In this document: piece by piece, positions 38,911 to 64,000 of the stretch
How positions within the stretch are numbered: the stretch's first letter is position 1
Layout of the letters: each line of letters starts with the position of its first letter
Source of the DNA: Paraspadella gotoi
Taxonomy: Eukaryota > Animalia > Chaetognatha
Assembly: GCA_051294375.1 (NCBI GenBank)
Contig: CM119263.1
Span: 638,122 to 702,121, forward strand
Reading direction: 5' to 3'
Length of the DNA stretch: 64,000 nt
The notes under the pieces: generated by a model
Databases searched by the model: none
Seen by the model: the letters and a program-made list of their open reading frames with translations, nothing else
What the model was told of the DNA's origin: nothing
Made by a program: the position numbers and the translations under genes

Positions 38911-39133
38911 ATAAGCATGACACCTTCAGTTATGACCCGGTGGCTCATTGAGTAAAGCCATAATCTCATGACCATTAGGTACCGGGATTGATCCCCAATA
39001 GTACCTACCCTGCGGAAGAGTGCGGACGGCATTAAACCGCATCTCCCAAGCATGGACCCGTTCCATGACTGGTAGAGGGGTTTAAAGAAGTTGCGGATAG
39101 CAATCTTAATCCGAACTTAGCGCCTTATCCGCA
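38911..39133 (+). mobile_element. tRNA-derived SINE copy (internally deleted)
   Basis: TGGCTCATTGAG A-box-like sequence, GGATTGATCCC B-box-like sequence, same 3' end TTAGCGCCTTATCC. Confidence 0.75.
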
Positions 39134-39413
39134 CAGATACAGATAAAGTCATGTAGCTGCTTTGAGACGTGATACGAATGTAGTAATACCTATATAGCAT
39201 GTTACAAAGTTATACATTTAATTGTAATAATAATTGTGATAGCGGGGTGAACCTTGGCAATGTCCGCGAATACTGAAATAAAAAAAGATGTAATTTAGTC
39301 GTAGACATATCTATTATTATTAATTATTTATTAATCTCATTTGTGATGGAAAGACAAGAGAGGAATTAAACTCTGGGGACAAATTGACTTTCTCGTTGTT
39401 TGAGGACGAGAAA

Positions 39414-39454
<41 letters not shown>

Positions 39455-39509
39455 ATTTACGAGACTCCTTTCGCGTTTTAATGATTGGTGTAGAAGAAGA
39501 TACCGCGGA

Positions 39510-40180
39510 GGAAAGAAAGAAGAAAGTGGGAAGGGAGGAAAGAAAAGGTGGAGGAAGGGAGGAAAACTGGAAAGAGAAAAAAAAGGGAAAGAATGAAGAG
39601 AGGGGAAGAATGGAGGAATGGAGGGGAAATTGGAAAGGAAAAAAAGGCTAAAAGGAAAAAGAGGAGGAAAGGAAAAAGAAAAGAAAAAGGGGAGGAAGGA
39701 AGGAAAAAGGCAAAAAGGAAAAGGAGGAGGAAAGGAGAAAGAAAAGGAAAAGAGGAGGAAGAAAAAGAAAAGTCAAAAAGTAAAAAGGGAAGGAAAGGAG
39801 AAAGAAAAGGAAAAGAGAAGGAAGGAAGGGAAAAGGCAAAAAGGAAAAAAAAGAAGAATGGAGAAAGAAAAGGAAAAGAGGAGGAAGAAATGGAAAAGTC
39901 AAAAAGTAAAAAGGGAAGGAAAAGAGAAAGAAAAGGAAAAGGGAAGGAAGGAAGGGAAAAGGCAAAAAGGAAAAAGAAGAAGAATGGAGAAAGAAAAGGA
40001 AAAGAGGAGGAATGAAGGGAAAAGGCAAAAAGGAAAAAGGGGAGGAAAGGAGAAAGAAAAAGGATCGTTTAAGAAAAGAAATAAATCTCACTCACAGAAG
40101 GGAGAAGAAAAAAAAGGTTGCGGAAGGAAAGAGAAGCTTGAAAAACAAATGAAGGAAAAAGAGAAAATGAGAAGCGGGTA
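39510..40180. repeat. Polypurine low-complexity tract with ~120-bp internal repeats
   Basis: Almost pure A/G; AAAGTCAAAAAGTAAAAAGGGAAGG recurs. Confidence 0.85.
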
Positions 40181-40659
40181 AGTTTTAAAGAGTAAGGACG
40201 CCAAATTAGTTATGATTCATAGTCAAGTATTGATTAACGGTGAGTTAGAGATGTTAAATAAGGAGGAGAAATGGTGAAAAAAGCTCATTTTGTGACATTC
40301 TGTGAAGTTGTGAAGAGTGAGAAATGTGAAATAAGTCACAGGATTTTGAGTGGAAAAGACAATCTAGAATATAGTTGATCGTTGACAGAACCAAATCCGT
40401 CCTTATTCACGGGCTCAGATCTATTCCTCACCCCAGCCCCTGCTATATTCCTCACCCCAGTACTAAATCTATCCTTATCACCAGCCAAGATCAAATCTTA
40501 TCCCCAGCCCCAGCATTATTCCTAACCCCAGCAGCAAATCCATCCTTATCCCCAGCCCCAGCCCCAGCCCCAGCTCCAGCTCGCGAGACTTCACGTTAAC
40601 TCCAGGTGGCGTTTATCGCCGTCGACGCTCGCTAATTATGGCACAACAAAATGGCCGCA

Positions 40660-40713
<54 letters not shown>

Positions 40714-40970
40714 TTCTTTTTTATGGGCGGCTTCTATTTTAAGACAACCAGAAGAATGATTATCGCGCTCTCACTCGCGCCAGTGGCTGTTGTCATTGCC
40801 TGTCAAATGAAGCGTAATCGAAAGTGTTCGCTATTAAGCCTCAATTTGTTTTATGGCGTCGTCGTCGTCGTCGTCGTCGTCGTCGCGTCGTCGTCTTTTT
40901 CTTTCAACAAACGACGACCTTCGAATCTGGAGAAACAAAGAAAAGGTTGGCGTTGAAGAGAGAGAGAAGA

Positions 40971-41024
<54 letters not shown>

Positions 41025-41627
41025 AGAGAGAGAAGAAAAGAGAGAGAGATTGTCTCGTTTCGAATTTGGTCAGTATCTGGGTTAATCTTTAAGATCAATA
41101 TTTTTACCTCCGCTGATTAGTCTATTTTCATACCAAAGAAACTTGCTTGCCCGGAAGAAACCAGATTTTTACGGGCTTTTTGGAAGGCATTATTATTCTC
41201 ATAATCTTGTACAAATAAAAACTTTGAAACTAAAACATCTCACGTTTTTCCTTCCTTCAAACTCACGTTAATTTCTTTGGACGGTCGAAGCCGCAAACAT
41301 TAGACTTTACGAGCGTGAAATAAAAAAGATATTTCACAGAGAGAGAGAAAGAAAAAGAATCTTGGACAATAACACAAAAAAGGAAAAAAAAAGGCAATAT
41401 TGCGATATAACAATATGGCAAGGTTAAATATGTTAAATAGGATTTAAAAAATTAGTTGTTTTGGTTTTTACATTAATAATCGGCCTTGACGTTAAATATA
41501 TATATCATATCACATATAACTATTGCATCAAAACAACAGAAATAGACATCAAAGGACAATCGTCTTAGGGCCAAGTCAAACTTTGAGACAAACGTTATGG
41601 TCGTAGTTGGTTGGTTGCCGTCAACGA

Positions 41628-41682
<55 letters not shown>

Positions 41683-41812
41683 CTCGTCGTCGTCGGTGCT
41701 GACAACTAAAAAACTTTCTCTCGTTTTGTCAAATTTCTGCGAATTTTCTTTCGACATCGAAATTCGATAAAGGATTTCCGTTGTGCCTCCTTCCACCTCG
41801 ACTCTCCAGAGT

Positions 41813-42320
41813 CTTTCTTCTTTTCCTCCTCCTCTTCCTATTCTTCTTCTTCTTCTTCCTCTTTCTCTTCCTCCTTTTTCTTTTTCTTCTCCTTTTCTTC
41901 TTTTCGTCCTCTTCCTTCTCGTCTTCTTCCTCCTTTTTCTTCTTTTCCTCCTTTTCTTCTTTTCCTCCTTTTCCTTCTCCTCTTCTTCTTCCTCTTCTTC
42001 TTCCTCTTTCTCTTCCTCCTTTTTCTTTTTCTCCTCCTTTTCTTCTTTTCCTCCTCTTTCTTCTCGTCTTCTTTCTCTCTTCTTCCTCCTTTTCTTCTTC
42101 TCCTCCTTTTCCTCTTTTCCTCCTCTTCCTTCTCCTCTTCTTTCTCCTCTTCTTCTTCCTCTTTCTCTTCCTCCTTTTTCTTCTCCTTCTTTTCTTCTTC
42201 CTCCTCCTCATCCTCCTCCTCTCCTTCCTCCTATTTCTCTTCCTTCTCTTCCTCTTCCTCCTCTTCTTCCTCTTCTTCCTCTTCTTCCTCCTCATCCTCC
42301 TCCACCTCCTCATTTTCTTT
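41813..42320. repeat. Polypyrimidine (CTT/CCT)n tract
   Basis: Direct inspection. Confidence 0.9.
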
Positions 42321-43390
42321 CTCTCTTACTTCATTACCTCCTTTTAAATCTTTCTCTCTCTCTTTTTATTTCCTTTCTCCTTATGTTTTCTTCTAATAAA
42401 CTTTTCCCTTTCTCCCTTTATTTCTCTCTCCCATCTTCCCTGTTCTTTTTTTTTATATCAACCATTCACACCATATTTTCTCCGAATGGCTACGAGATGT
42501 CGCTATGGCGTCGAGAACGGGTTTTTCAAAAGTCTTTTCAATCTTCCCTATGCTTTTTTTTTGGGGGGGGGGCGGGGAAGTGCCTCGTCGTCTGCTTTTG
42601 AGTAAACGACCTTTTTCTCGCTGAATTATTTCCCAAAAAGTGTTAAAGTTATTTTTTTTCAAAGACGGTTTTATATATTTTATACAGGGGAAAATGAGAT
42701 TAATTTAAAATATATTCTTTTATATACATTGTACTTATACTTATTTTGTTAACATGAGATAGAATTGTTGTTAATTCGTAAATATTGGATGTTTTTGTAT
42801 TCACTGTTTCATGTTTCAAGATATTGATCTGAAAACAATGTTAAGAAAATCAGTTATGCTAATAATAAATACATTGGATTTTCCGTTGCGGCATAAAACA
42901 AAGCGAGTGAAAAAAATGATTCCACTACTACCTGAGAGAGAGAGAGAAAGAGATTCCATATGCTATGATTTATTCTTAAGAGACAAAAAAAGCCAAAAAT
43001 GATGAGATTTGATTTCGTTTGTCTTTGTTTTTCGTTGCGGCGAAATCAAAGAGAAAAGGTTTTCGGTTACCTTTTTCTTTTTCTCTTTTTCTTTCTCTTT
43101 TTCTTTTTCTTTTTTTTCTTTTTCTTTTTCTCTTTTTATTTTTCTTTTTCTTTTTCTTTTTCTTTTTTCTCTTTTTATTTTTATTTTTCTCTTTTTCTTT
43201 TTCTTTTTCTTTTTCTTTTTTTTCTTTTTTTTCTTTTTCTTTTTCTTTTTCTTTTCATATTTTATTCTTTTCCTTTCATCTTCGTCTGTATTTCTGCCCT
43301 AAAGCTAGAATCGCCAAGGAATTCTCGTTTATGTATAATAAATAAAGACAAATCACACTCTCATGGATAAAGACCTCTCTCTCTCTCTCT

Positions 43391-43490
<100 letters not shown>

Positions 43491-44421
43491 TCTCTCTCCA
43501 CCTTTTCAATATTAGAGTAAATAAGCTCGTCGAACCTTTTCGATGTTAATAAGATAAATCATTAGGTTGACATTTTCTCCTTTTTCGCTCCGCCTCTCTT
43601 TCTTTCTTTCTTTTCTTTTTTTTCCCTTTTATTTTCTTCACAAATGGATTTTTGCGGCTTCGTCCAATAGAAGAGAGACTACAATGACGACGACGACGAA
43701 AACGACGACGATGATGACGACGACGACGAAAACGACGACGATTATGAAAACACCCCTTAAATAAGTTGCGACGCATAATTAGATATCTCTTAATTATCGG
43801 TGTGTCTGACAGACAAGCTATTATAAATTTTAAACATAGACTTGACATAGAAGCGTCTATAATCTGAGATCTGGGAAATCTTTGACGCCCTTAATCCTTA
43901 CATCGATTGTGGGTACAAGTCATTTTGAATAGACATCGACTTCTAATCTATTTGGTTGAGTAACTTCTATCAGCGAAATATTTGTAATGATTATTATATA
44001 ACTTCGTACATTTAACAGTAGACAGAAAATGTAAATGTATTTAACTATTTATACGTAAGGCAATCAGTGTTAGGGCGAAATCGGTGCAAAAGAATACGTC
44101 GAAATAAGGGCAGTTTATGCCTTTGGGTAAATATTGATAAAATTGTGTACTTTGAGTACTAGAAGTCAGTAATTAAACTACTATTGATGGAAATAATGTA
44201 AATAATGAATTATCCCTTAACGACAACTTTTAACAGATTATATAAATCGACAAATAAAGCATTTTTACAAATATTCTTTACAAATAATTTTTACAAATAA
44301 TTTTTGTGGAATATTTTTAAAAAACCACAGTGACCTATGACCTTTTACCTTTGACCTCGTCTAAAAGCTAATCTAAGACGGACTTTTAGGAGTCCCATTT
44401 GAATAAGTCTGACATAAGGCC

Positions 44422-44493
<72 letters not shown>

Positions 44494-45048
44494 GCCCTGA
44501 CTTGCGTTATTGCGAGATAAACAGAGTTAATGGGTTCATTTTAGGAAGCCAGAAAAAAAAAGAAGGCATTTGATTCAAGGTGAGGTTAGGTTAAGGGGCT
44601 CAAAGTTCGGTGAGGTTAGGTGAGGTTAGATGAGGTTAGGTTAGGTTAGGTTAGGAGAGGTTAGGTGTGTAGAAAATCTGTTGAGGATTCCCGGGTTTGT
44701 TGTTGGCTTAAATTGGAAGGCCGATTGGCCTTTGAGTAAAAAAAGGTAAAATCTAAAATCTAAAATCTAAAATCTAAAATCTAAAATCTAAAAACTAAAA
44801 TCTAAGGCAACGAAAACATTAAAAAAGAAGAAATATGTGGCTACTGAACTAATCACTTCTCTAAAAAATAAATGTATTAAAACAAATTGAATTCTATTCA
44901 TTTTTTTACAATTTACTGTACAAGCACTTTAACACCAATGACAGAGATATATATATTAATTAACGATTCAGTTTAAATCAAATTCGTCGCAATTTCGAAA
45001 TATAAGAAAGACATAAGGATAACTAATGTAGTCTAAATATTTTAATTT

Positions 45049-57831
<12,783 letters not shown>

Positions 57832-58161
57832 CTTTAACGAATTCCGCTTTCACTTTAACGAAGTCCACGTTCAGTTTACCGAAGTTCTTTTTTTTCCGGA
57901 ATGTTGAAAAAAAAAAAGGCTGAAAGTTTATAAAATTAAGTAATTGATGTTGATACATAAGTGATTCGTAGAAATTGTAGCAAGGTATTTGTTAAGCTTC
58001 CTAAATGTCTTTTTTCAATTAAAACGTTTGATAAGATATTTCATATTATCGTATTGTGAACAAACTATGAGAATTGAGAAAGGAAAAACCATTTAAAACG
58101 ACTTAAGTGATCAGAATGAAGTTTGTCGACTCAAGATGGCGAAATCGGCCAATCGATCTCC

Positions 58162-59051
58162 TTAAGGGGACCCAGTGATAAAAATGATATCATAAGCTTA
58201 AGGGTCTATCATCAAAGGAATTTGAATGGTGATAGTCATTAATTTTTCTTTGCACGGGAAAGTGGCAAAAAAATTCCTATCTCTTATTGTAGCGGAAACA
58301 AAAATTTAATAATTATGAAAAAAAATTTAGTTGACCCTACTTAAATATTTATATAATCCATTATTTTTTATTTTTGCATTAGACAAGTATTTGTTTACTA
58401 AATTCCAATTTTTTATGTTTTTTACTGTACAAAGCTATAATTTTAGGTTTAAGCCTCATTGAACAAAGGCTTTACAAGATTAATATTTTTATATTTTTAT
58501 ATTTACTTAAAAGCAGACAAATCAAACCTAAATTCTATTCTTACAGAAACAAAACTGTAATAATTAATTAATTAATATTCATATTCATCCTTAAATGTAT
58601 AATTAAACTATATTGATTCCTAATTATAACAATTAAAAATTTAGCAAAAGTACAGAATCTTTCTTTTCTTTTTATATTTATATTACTTCAAAGAGTTTTA
58701 TTTTTATCCAATTAACAGAATCATTTGAGAAAGAAAGTTTTAAATAAAATTCAGTCGATACCTTGAATTTTGATTCATTCCTAGTTTTTTTTCTTATAAA
58801 TTTTTGTGTTAAAAGCTGAAAATCTTTTTAAAATTAGATCTTACCCTTTTTGGAAAAAAAATTTTAAACTTGAAAAAGATTTTCTTCTTACCGATTTTTT
58901 AAGAAAATTAAGCTCGCTGATTTTATCGAATTTTTTAACTACTTTCCCAAATGATTATAGAGAAAAAATTATATGATCAGAACCAGCTTAAGTTAAAGGG
59001 TCAAACGTTATGTTTTCAGCTTTTTACCCCCCTGTCCACTTGGTCCCTTAA
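58162..59051. mobile_element. Non-autonomous DNA transposon, Kolobok-like (TTAA TSD, TIRs starting GG)
   Basis: Left TTAA-GGGGACCCAGTG, right CACTTGGTCCC-TTAA; ~880 bp AT-rich interior with no ORF. Confidence 0.7.
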
Positions 59052-59509
59052 AAAAAAAAAACAAGATATCTATTAGCTACTTTGGGTTTTATTTTAATGT
59101 CTCTTTCAATCTATCAAAATATAATTTTTTTTTCTATTTTCAATCTAATGGAATCAGGAGCAAAAGTCATCCCCATAGAAATTCATCATTCAGTGAGACC
59201 ATATATTCCAAACGCTCCCAATTTCGCTTAAATTTAAAATAATAAAATGAAATAAAGTTAGAAATTTGGGTTACAGGTTATGGTTAGGGATTGAATTAAG
59301 TAATTAATAAAATATTTTAATTAAATATTTGAGTTTAAATTTAGGCATAACAAACAGAAATGGGGAGCTTCTAGAAAGTAGTGCTAAATTTCACTGATTC
59401 TTCGGATTTCCGATTTCACTCGGGACTCGACAAACAAAAAGGATCCGTGAAGATGTAAACAAAGTCACAAAAGAAATTGTCGGAGTGTGTGCATGGTAGA
59501 GAAGAGAGA

Positions 59510-59552
<43 letters not shown>

Positions 59553-59693
59553 GGAGAGGAAGAAGAGAGAGAGAGAGAAAATTAACAAGTGACAAATGAC
59601 AAATGACATAAGGCAAATGACAAAGGTGGCACCTCAGAGGGAAGAAAGGAATAAGAACCTTAGATAAGAAGGATGTCGAAAAAAAGACGATTT

Positions 59694-59767
<74 letters not shown>

Positions 59768-60565
59768 AGATGATGATGATAGGAATGATAATAAGAAGGA
59801 TGTCGAAGAAGACGATGATGATGATGATTAAGACAGAAATAAGAAGCTATGATAGGGATGACGACGACGAAGAGAGTGAAGCTGAAGAAAATAGAGTTGA
59901 TGTCGATGATAACGATTTAATAATTTTGTGTCACTAGAAAAAAGAGAATGAAAGACTAGAAAGGGGGGGAAGGCAAGGTAGACAAGGAAAACAAACAAGA
60001 CAATTAATACGTCTAAGAATACAACGAAAATAAATACAACAAGGAATGGCAAAGAAGGGAAGTATGCCAACGTGGACAAAAAGACAAAAAGGACAAGAAG
60101 ACATGGTAGTCAAGGAAGACAACGGAGACCAAAAAGACAAAAAGGACATGAAGTCATGGAAGTCAAGGAAGACAACGGAGAGAAAGAAGACAAAAAGGAC
60201 AAGAAGACATGGAAAAAACTTTGACGACAAATCTGACGACGACTTAAAACTAAAATGGAACCAAAAAAAAGAAAAGACGTCGATTTTTTTAAAATTTTTA
60301 TCTTTTCTCTTTTTTTCTTTCTTTTTCCATTTTCTTTTCTGTCACTCATTCCATGGATTTTTTATAGAACAAAAAAATATTTCTCCTTTTTTGTCATAAC
60401 GAAAATCTCATACATGTATTTTTTTATTCTTTTGTTCTTTTGTTTTTTAGTTTTTATTTGTTTCCTTAATAATTTTTTTTTCTTTTTTTCGTCTCGCGAA
60501 GGAAAATCTTCATTTCCATTTCAGAGTCGCTACTCGTCGACTTTCGAAATATTTTAGGGGCTAAA

Positions 60566-60639
<74 letters not shown>

Positions 60640-61411
60640 CGCGTTCGTAATCTTCTGAACATAATTCCCTTTTAAAAATATTCTAAGAAACATTTGTTCT
60701 GGGCGTGTCAGTCAAATGAATAAAGTTTAGCAAATCCGATTTTTAGTTAAAACGAAAAACATAAATTAAAATTTAGTAGAGAAATTCCAAATTTGTTCCC
60801 GACAATAAATATGAAGGAAAATGGAAAGAGGTGTTGATGTATAATCAACAGAAACTGAAAATAAGGAAATTTGTAACGAAGAATGATATGTGAATGAGTT
60901 ACATTATTGCGCTGGCGAAAATAGAGATGAGAATGAGTTATTTTATTGTGATGTCAATGTTTAGTCACGTGATCAAAAACGATATAATAATGTGAAATAA
61001 AATAAATTCTTAGCGATAAATAGTATTTTAGATTTCTTGAAAAAAAAATGAGCACGTCGTTGCAAATATTAAATGTTGTCGAAAGTCGAAGCAGCCTCGA
61101 TTTCATTAATGAAAACAATTCGTGTTTTTCCAAAATAAATCTTTTTAAAAGTAGATTTTTCTGGCATAGTGGGATTTAAAGTAATGATTTCCCTTGTGTT
61201 TGTTTTATCGCCAACGAAATCGATCACTTCAAATTATGATGGTAGAAGAAAAATGAAAAAGAAATTAAAAGAAAGAAAAACTTGGGTTTGAAATCGGGAA
61301 ACCCTTTAATACGGCACTGTTTCGATCTTTTTTATGATAAACTAATAAAAGACGGATACTGTATCAAAAAGCAATGAATTAGGGGGATTTGATACTTCGT
61401 ATTTGTCAATA

Positions 61412-61473
<62 letters not shown>

Positions 61474-62085
61474 TTCGTCGTCGTCGTCGTCTTCGTCGTC
61501 GTCGTCATCGCCGTCGTCTAATCTTTTTATGCGCAAATTGAATTGACTTCACAGTGAAGAGATTTTCACAAAGATTTTCTCACTTAACGCGTGAATTTCT
61601 CGATGGCGTTTCACAATTGATTTTTCACAATTGATTTTTCACAATTTATTTTTTACGCTTAATCAACAATTTAGATTTAAAAAATGAATATTTAAAATCC
61701 CGTTTAAACCCTTTAATTAAATTAATAAAATTATATCGTTAGCAAAAAATAAAATAAATAAACAACGCCGCTCGGAAATTCCGAATGATATATAATTATA
61801 TATGTAATAATATTTATCGAATCATGCTGGTCAAAGCGACTGGCTTGAAATTCCCTTTTATGAGAACATTTATTCGTTTATAAATAAACAATGAGAGATT
61901 ATTTAAATATTAAGGAATGAAAGATGAAGTAAACAATAGTTAGTTCCGATTTTTAAATCGGGAAAGATGTAGCGAGTGAGTTTTGTTCGAACCAACGTTT
62001 CTCACCTGACCATGAAACTTACCAGTTCGAGGTTTAAGATGACGATATTTCGCGTCGCGATCGAAATTCGGAGCGAATTCCTCTT

Positions 62086-62131
62086 CCCTGATTGGTCGAA
62101 TCATGCGTCTGAACGTCCCTGATTGGTCGAA
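62086..62131. promoter_or_regulatory. Tandem CCAAT boxes 31 bp apart in a CpG-rich patch
   Basis: CCCTGATTGGTCGAA twice (ATTGG at 62091 and 62122). Confidence 0.4.
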
Positions 62132-62251
62132 ACTTACAATCGAAATCTATGGAAACGACCTCTGCAATCTCGTAAAAAAGTCTGGTCGCGGCGATCCGGT
62201 TATATTTCCTGAAGACGACTCGTAATTCTGTTCTCTTCTCAGGAGGTCTCC

Positions 62252-62302
<51 letters not shown>

Positions 62303-62491
62303 CTCTCTGCTCTCTCTCTCTCTATCTCTCTCTCTCTTCCTCGTCAAGGAGAGTAATTTAAAAGTTAATGTGAGTAGTGAAGGAATTTTTTATTCGGAAA
62401 AATGAATTCCAATTTTTTTTCATACTTTTTTTCTTTTTTTTTTTTGAATCAGGGACGTCGACCCAGAACTCTCTTTCCTTTACGACCTCAG

Positions 62492-62571
<80 letters not shown>

Positions 62572-63418
62572 AAAAGTCCTGCGGAGGCGCAGAAAGGTTT
62601 TTTATTGCGCCTCGAAAATAACCAAGGAAAAAAAAGATTGATCCAGAGAGGCGATTGGAATCCGAATCGAAGGTCTGATTGGATTCTTGATTGGACAAGC
62701 CCTTGCTTGGTTGGTCACTTGATTGGAGAATAGAGATTGGGTTGGATCCAAGAATTGGATGGTTATTCGAAGACCTTTTTTGGGGGGCAGAGAGGAAAGA
62801 GCTGGATTGTCTGGATAGAGTTTGGAGTTCGACTTGAAAGACTCTCAAAATCGGTTAATGTTTAAAATAAGAGGAAGGGGAAGAGGAAGATTAAGAGGAA
62901 GGGAAAGAGGAGGAGGAATGGAAAGAGGAAGAGGAAGATGAAGATGAAGGGGAAAGGAAGAGGAAGAGGAAGGGGAAGAGGATGGGAAGAGGAAGATAAA
63001 GAAAAAGGGGAAGAGGAAGGGGAGAGGAGGAATGGAAAGAGAAAGGGTAAGAGGAAGATAAAGAGGAAGGGAAAGAGGAGCAGGAATGGAAAGAGGAAGG
63101 GGAAGAGGAGGATGAATGGAAAGAGGAAGAGGAAGAGGAAAATTGAATATTTGAACGATTGTGTTTTTTTTGGTTCCTTTGACTGGATAATTTTTTTGTG
63201 GTATTTTCTTCAAAATATGATCATGATCAAGATCATAATAATTATCATAATCATCAATCTCATCATCAAGAAAAATTCATTGCACTTTTTTCCTCTGGCT
63301 GCCGATTTCTTTGCACCGAGATTGTCAGTCAAACTGTTAAACTGTTTAACTGTTTTATTAGATAAATTATTCTTTATTTAAGCTGTTCTACTGTTCAGCA
63401 GTTCCATTGTTCAACCGT

Positions 63419-63640
63419 TCATGTCCCCCCGAATCTCGTCAAACCGGAGGGGGCGGGGGAGCGAAAGGCTATCGGATTTCGGCCTCCGGTCTTTTTATTT
63501 CGATTCCGGTCGAGCGGAGTCTGCAATCGGACCGCTGACGGCGCACCGGTTAAATGGCGGGGAAGAAAAGAGTTACGAGAAAACAAAAGGCCCCTGCCGA
63601 CGAGAGACCGACGAGAGACCGACAAGTCTGGCGGGTCGCC
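63419..63640 (-). CDS. Possible terminal exon of another - strand gene starting beyond the window (GDPPDLSVSRRSLVGRG...GLTRFGGT*)
   Basis: GC-rich 222-nt open frame after a long pyrimidine/CTTAC-rich tract and CAG; no family recognised. Confidence 0.4.
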   Translation of the reverse strand, partial: GDPPDLSVSRRSLVGRGLLFSRNSFLPRHLTGAPSAVRLQTPLDRNRNKKTGGRNPIAFRSPAPSGLTRFGGT

Positions 63641-64000
63641 CTGATTTGGCATAGAGGGGGAGGAGCGAGGAGAGAATGGGTCGGGGTAAGTAGCGGAGTA
63701 AGTAGCGGAGTAAGTAGCGGAGTGAGACGGCGGGAAAGGTGAGTTAACGGTGAGACGGTGAGTAACGTCGTCGGGAGAAAAAGTTGGTGAGTTTGAAGTC
63801 GGAAGAGTCGGCAGGTGAGGAAAGAAGACAAGAGGCAATCGGTGAAAAGACGAGTGAATCTCGGTGGAAAAGGGATAGGGTCACAGTGAGGAAAAAAAGG
63901 CAAGCAATGGCAAAAAAAAGGCAAGCAATGGCAAAAAAAGGCAAAGAATGGCCAAAAAAAAGGTAAGCAATGGCCAAAAAAGGCAAGCAATGGCCAAAAA

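Noticed and set aside
39548-42601. Long K/R/E-rich and F/L/S/P-rich ORFs (up to 272 aa)
   Set aside because: Purine/pyrimidine low-complexity tracts open in several frames on both strands.
44578-44665. (TTAGG)n run suggesting a telomere or arthropod origin
   Set aside because: Short, degenerate and interstitial; similar GGTTA cores occur in dispersed repeats here, so it is not informative.
62452-62596. + strand exon-like segment around a (GAC)n run
   Set aside because: Weak donor, no homology and no partner exons identified.

Overview
Intron-rich, AT-rich animal (invertebrate-like) genomic DNA saturated with (GA/TC)n, (GAC/GTC)n and other simple repeats, so most ORFs in the supplied track are microsatellite noise. 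Manual exon chaining with phase checks recovers several genes. (1) Eleven + strand exons of a RasGRF orthologue (IQ, DH and the start of PH2, 26469-37461); its 5' and 3' ends are not found in the window. (2) A complete 8-exon rhodopsin-class GPCR on the - strand (57831-45049, ~784 aa) with unusual motif substitutions and a ~400 aa tail. (3) Two adjacent - strand orphan genes (A: ~13835/7658-131; B: 25161-18645) built from short, mostly phase-0 exons, each ending in one copy of a helical motif h-x-x-[DEQ]-F-[WF]-[KR]-x-[LVI]-x4. This is the most novel-looking system here. The - strand genes probably lie inside large RasGRF introns. The window also holds minimal Penelope-type hammerhead ribozymes, a tRNA-derived SINE family, a solo LTR nested in a MITE, a TTAA-flanked Kolobok-like element, LINE 3' ends next to (TC)n tracts and several tandem duplications straddling splice junctions. 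A ~5.5 kb duplication around an N gap is most likely an assembly artefact. All gene models are from sequence inspection only, without transcript evidence.
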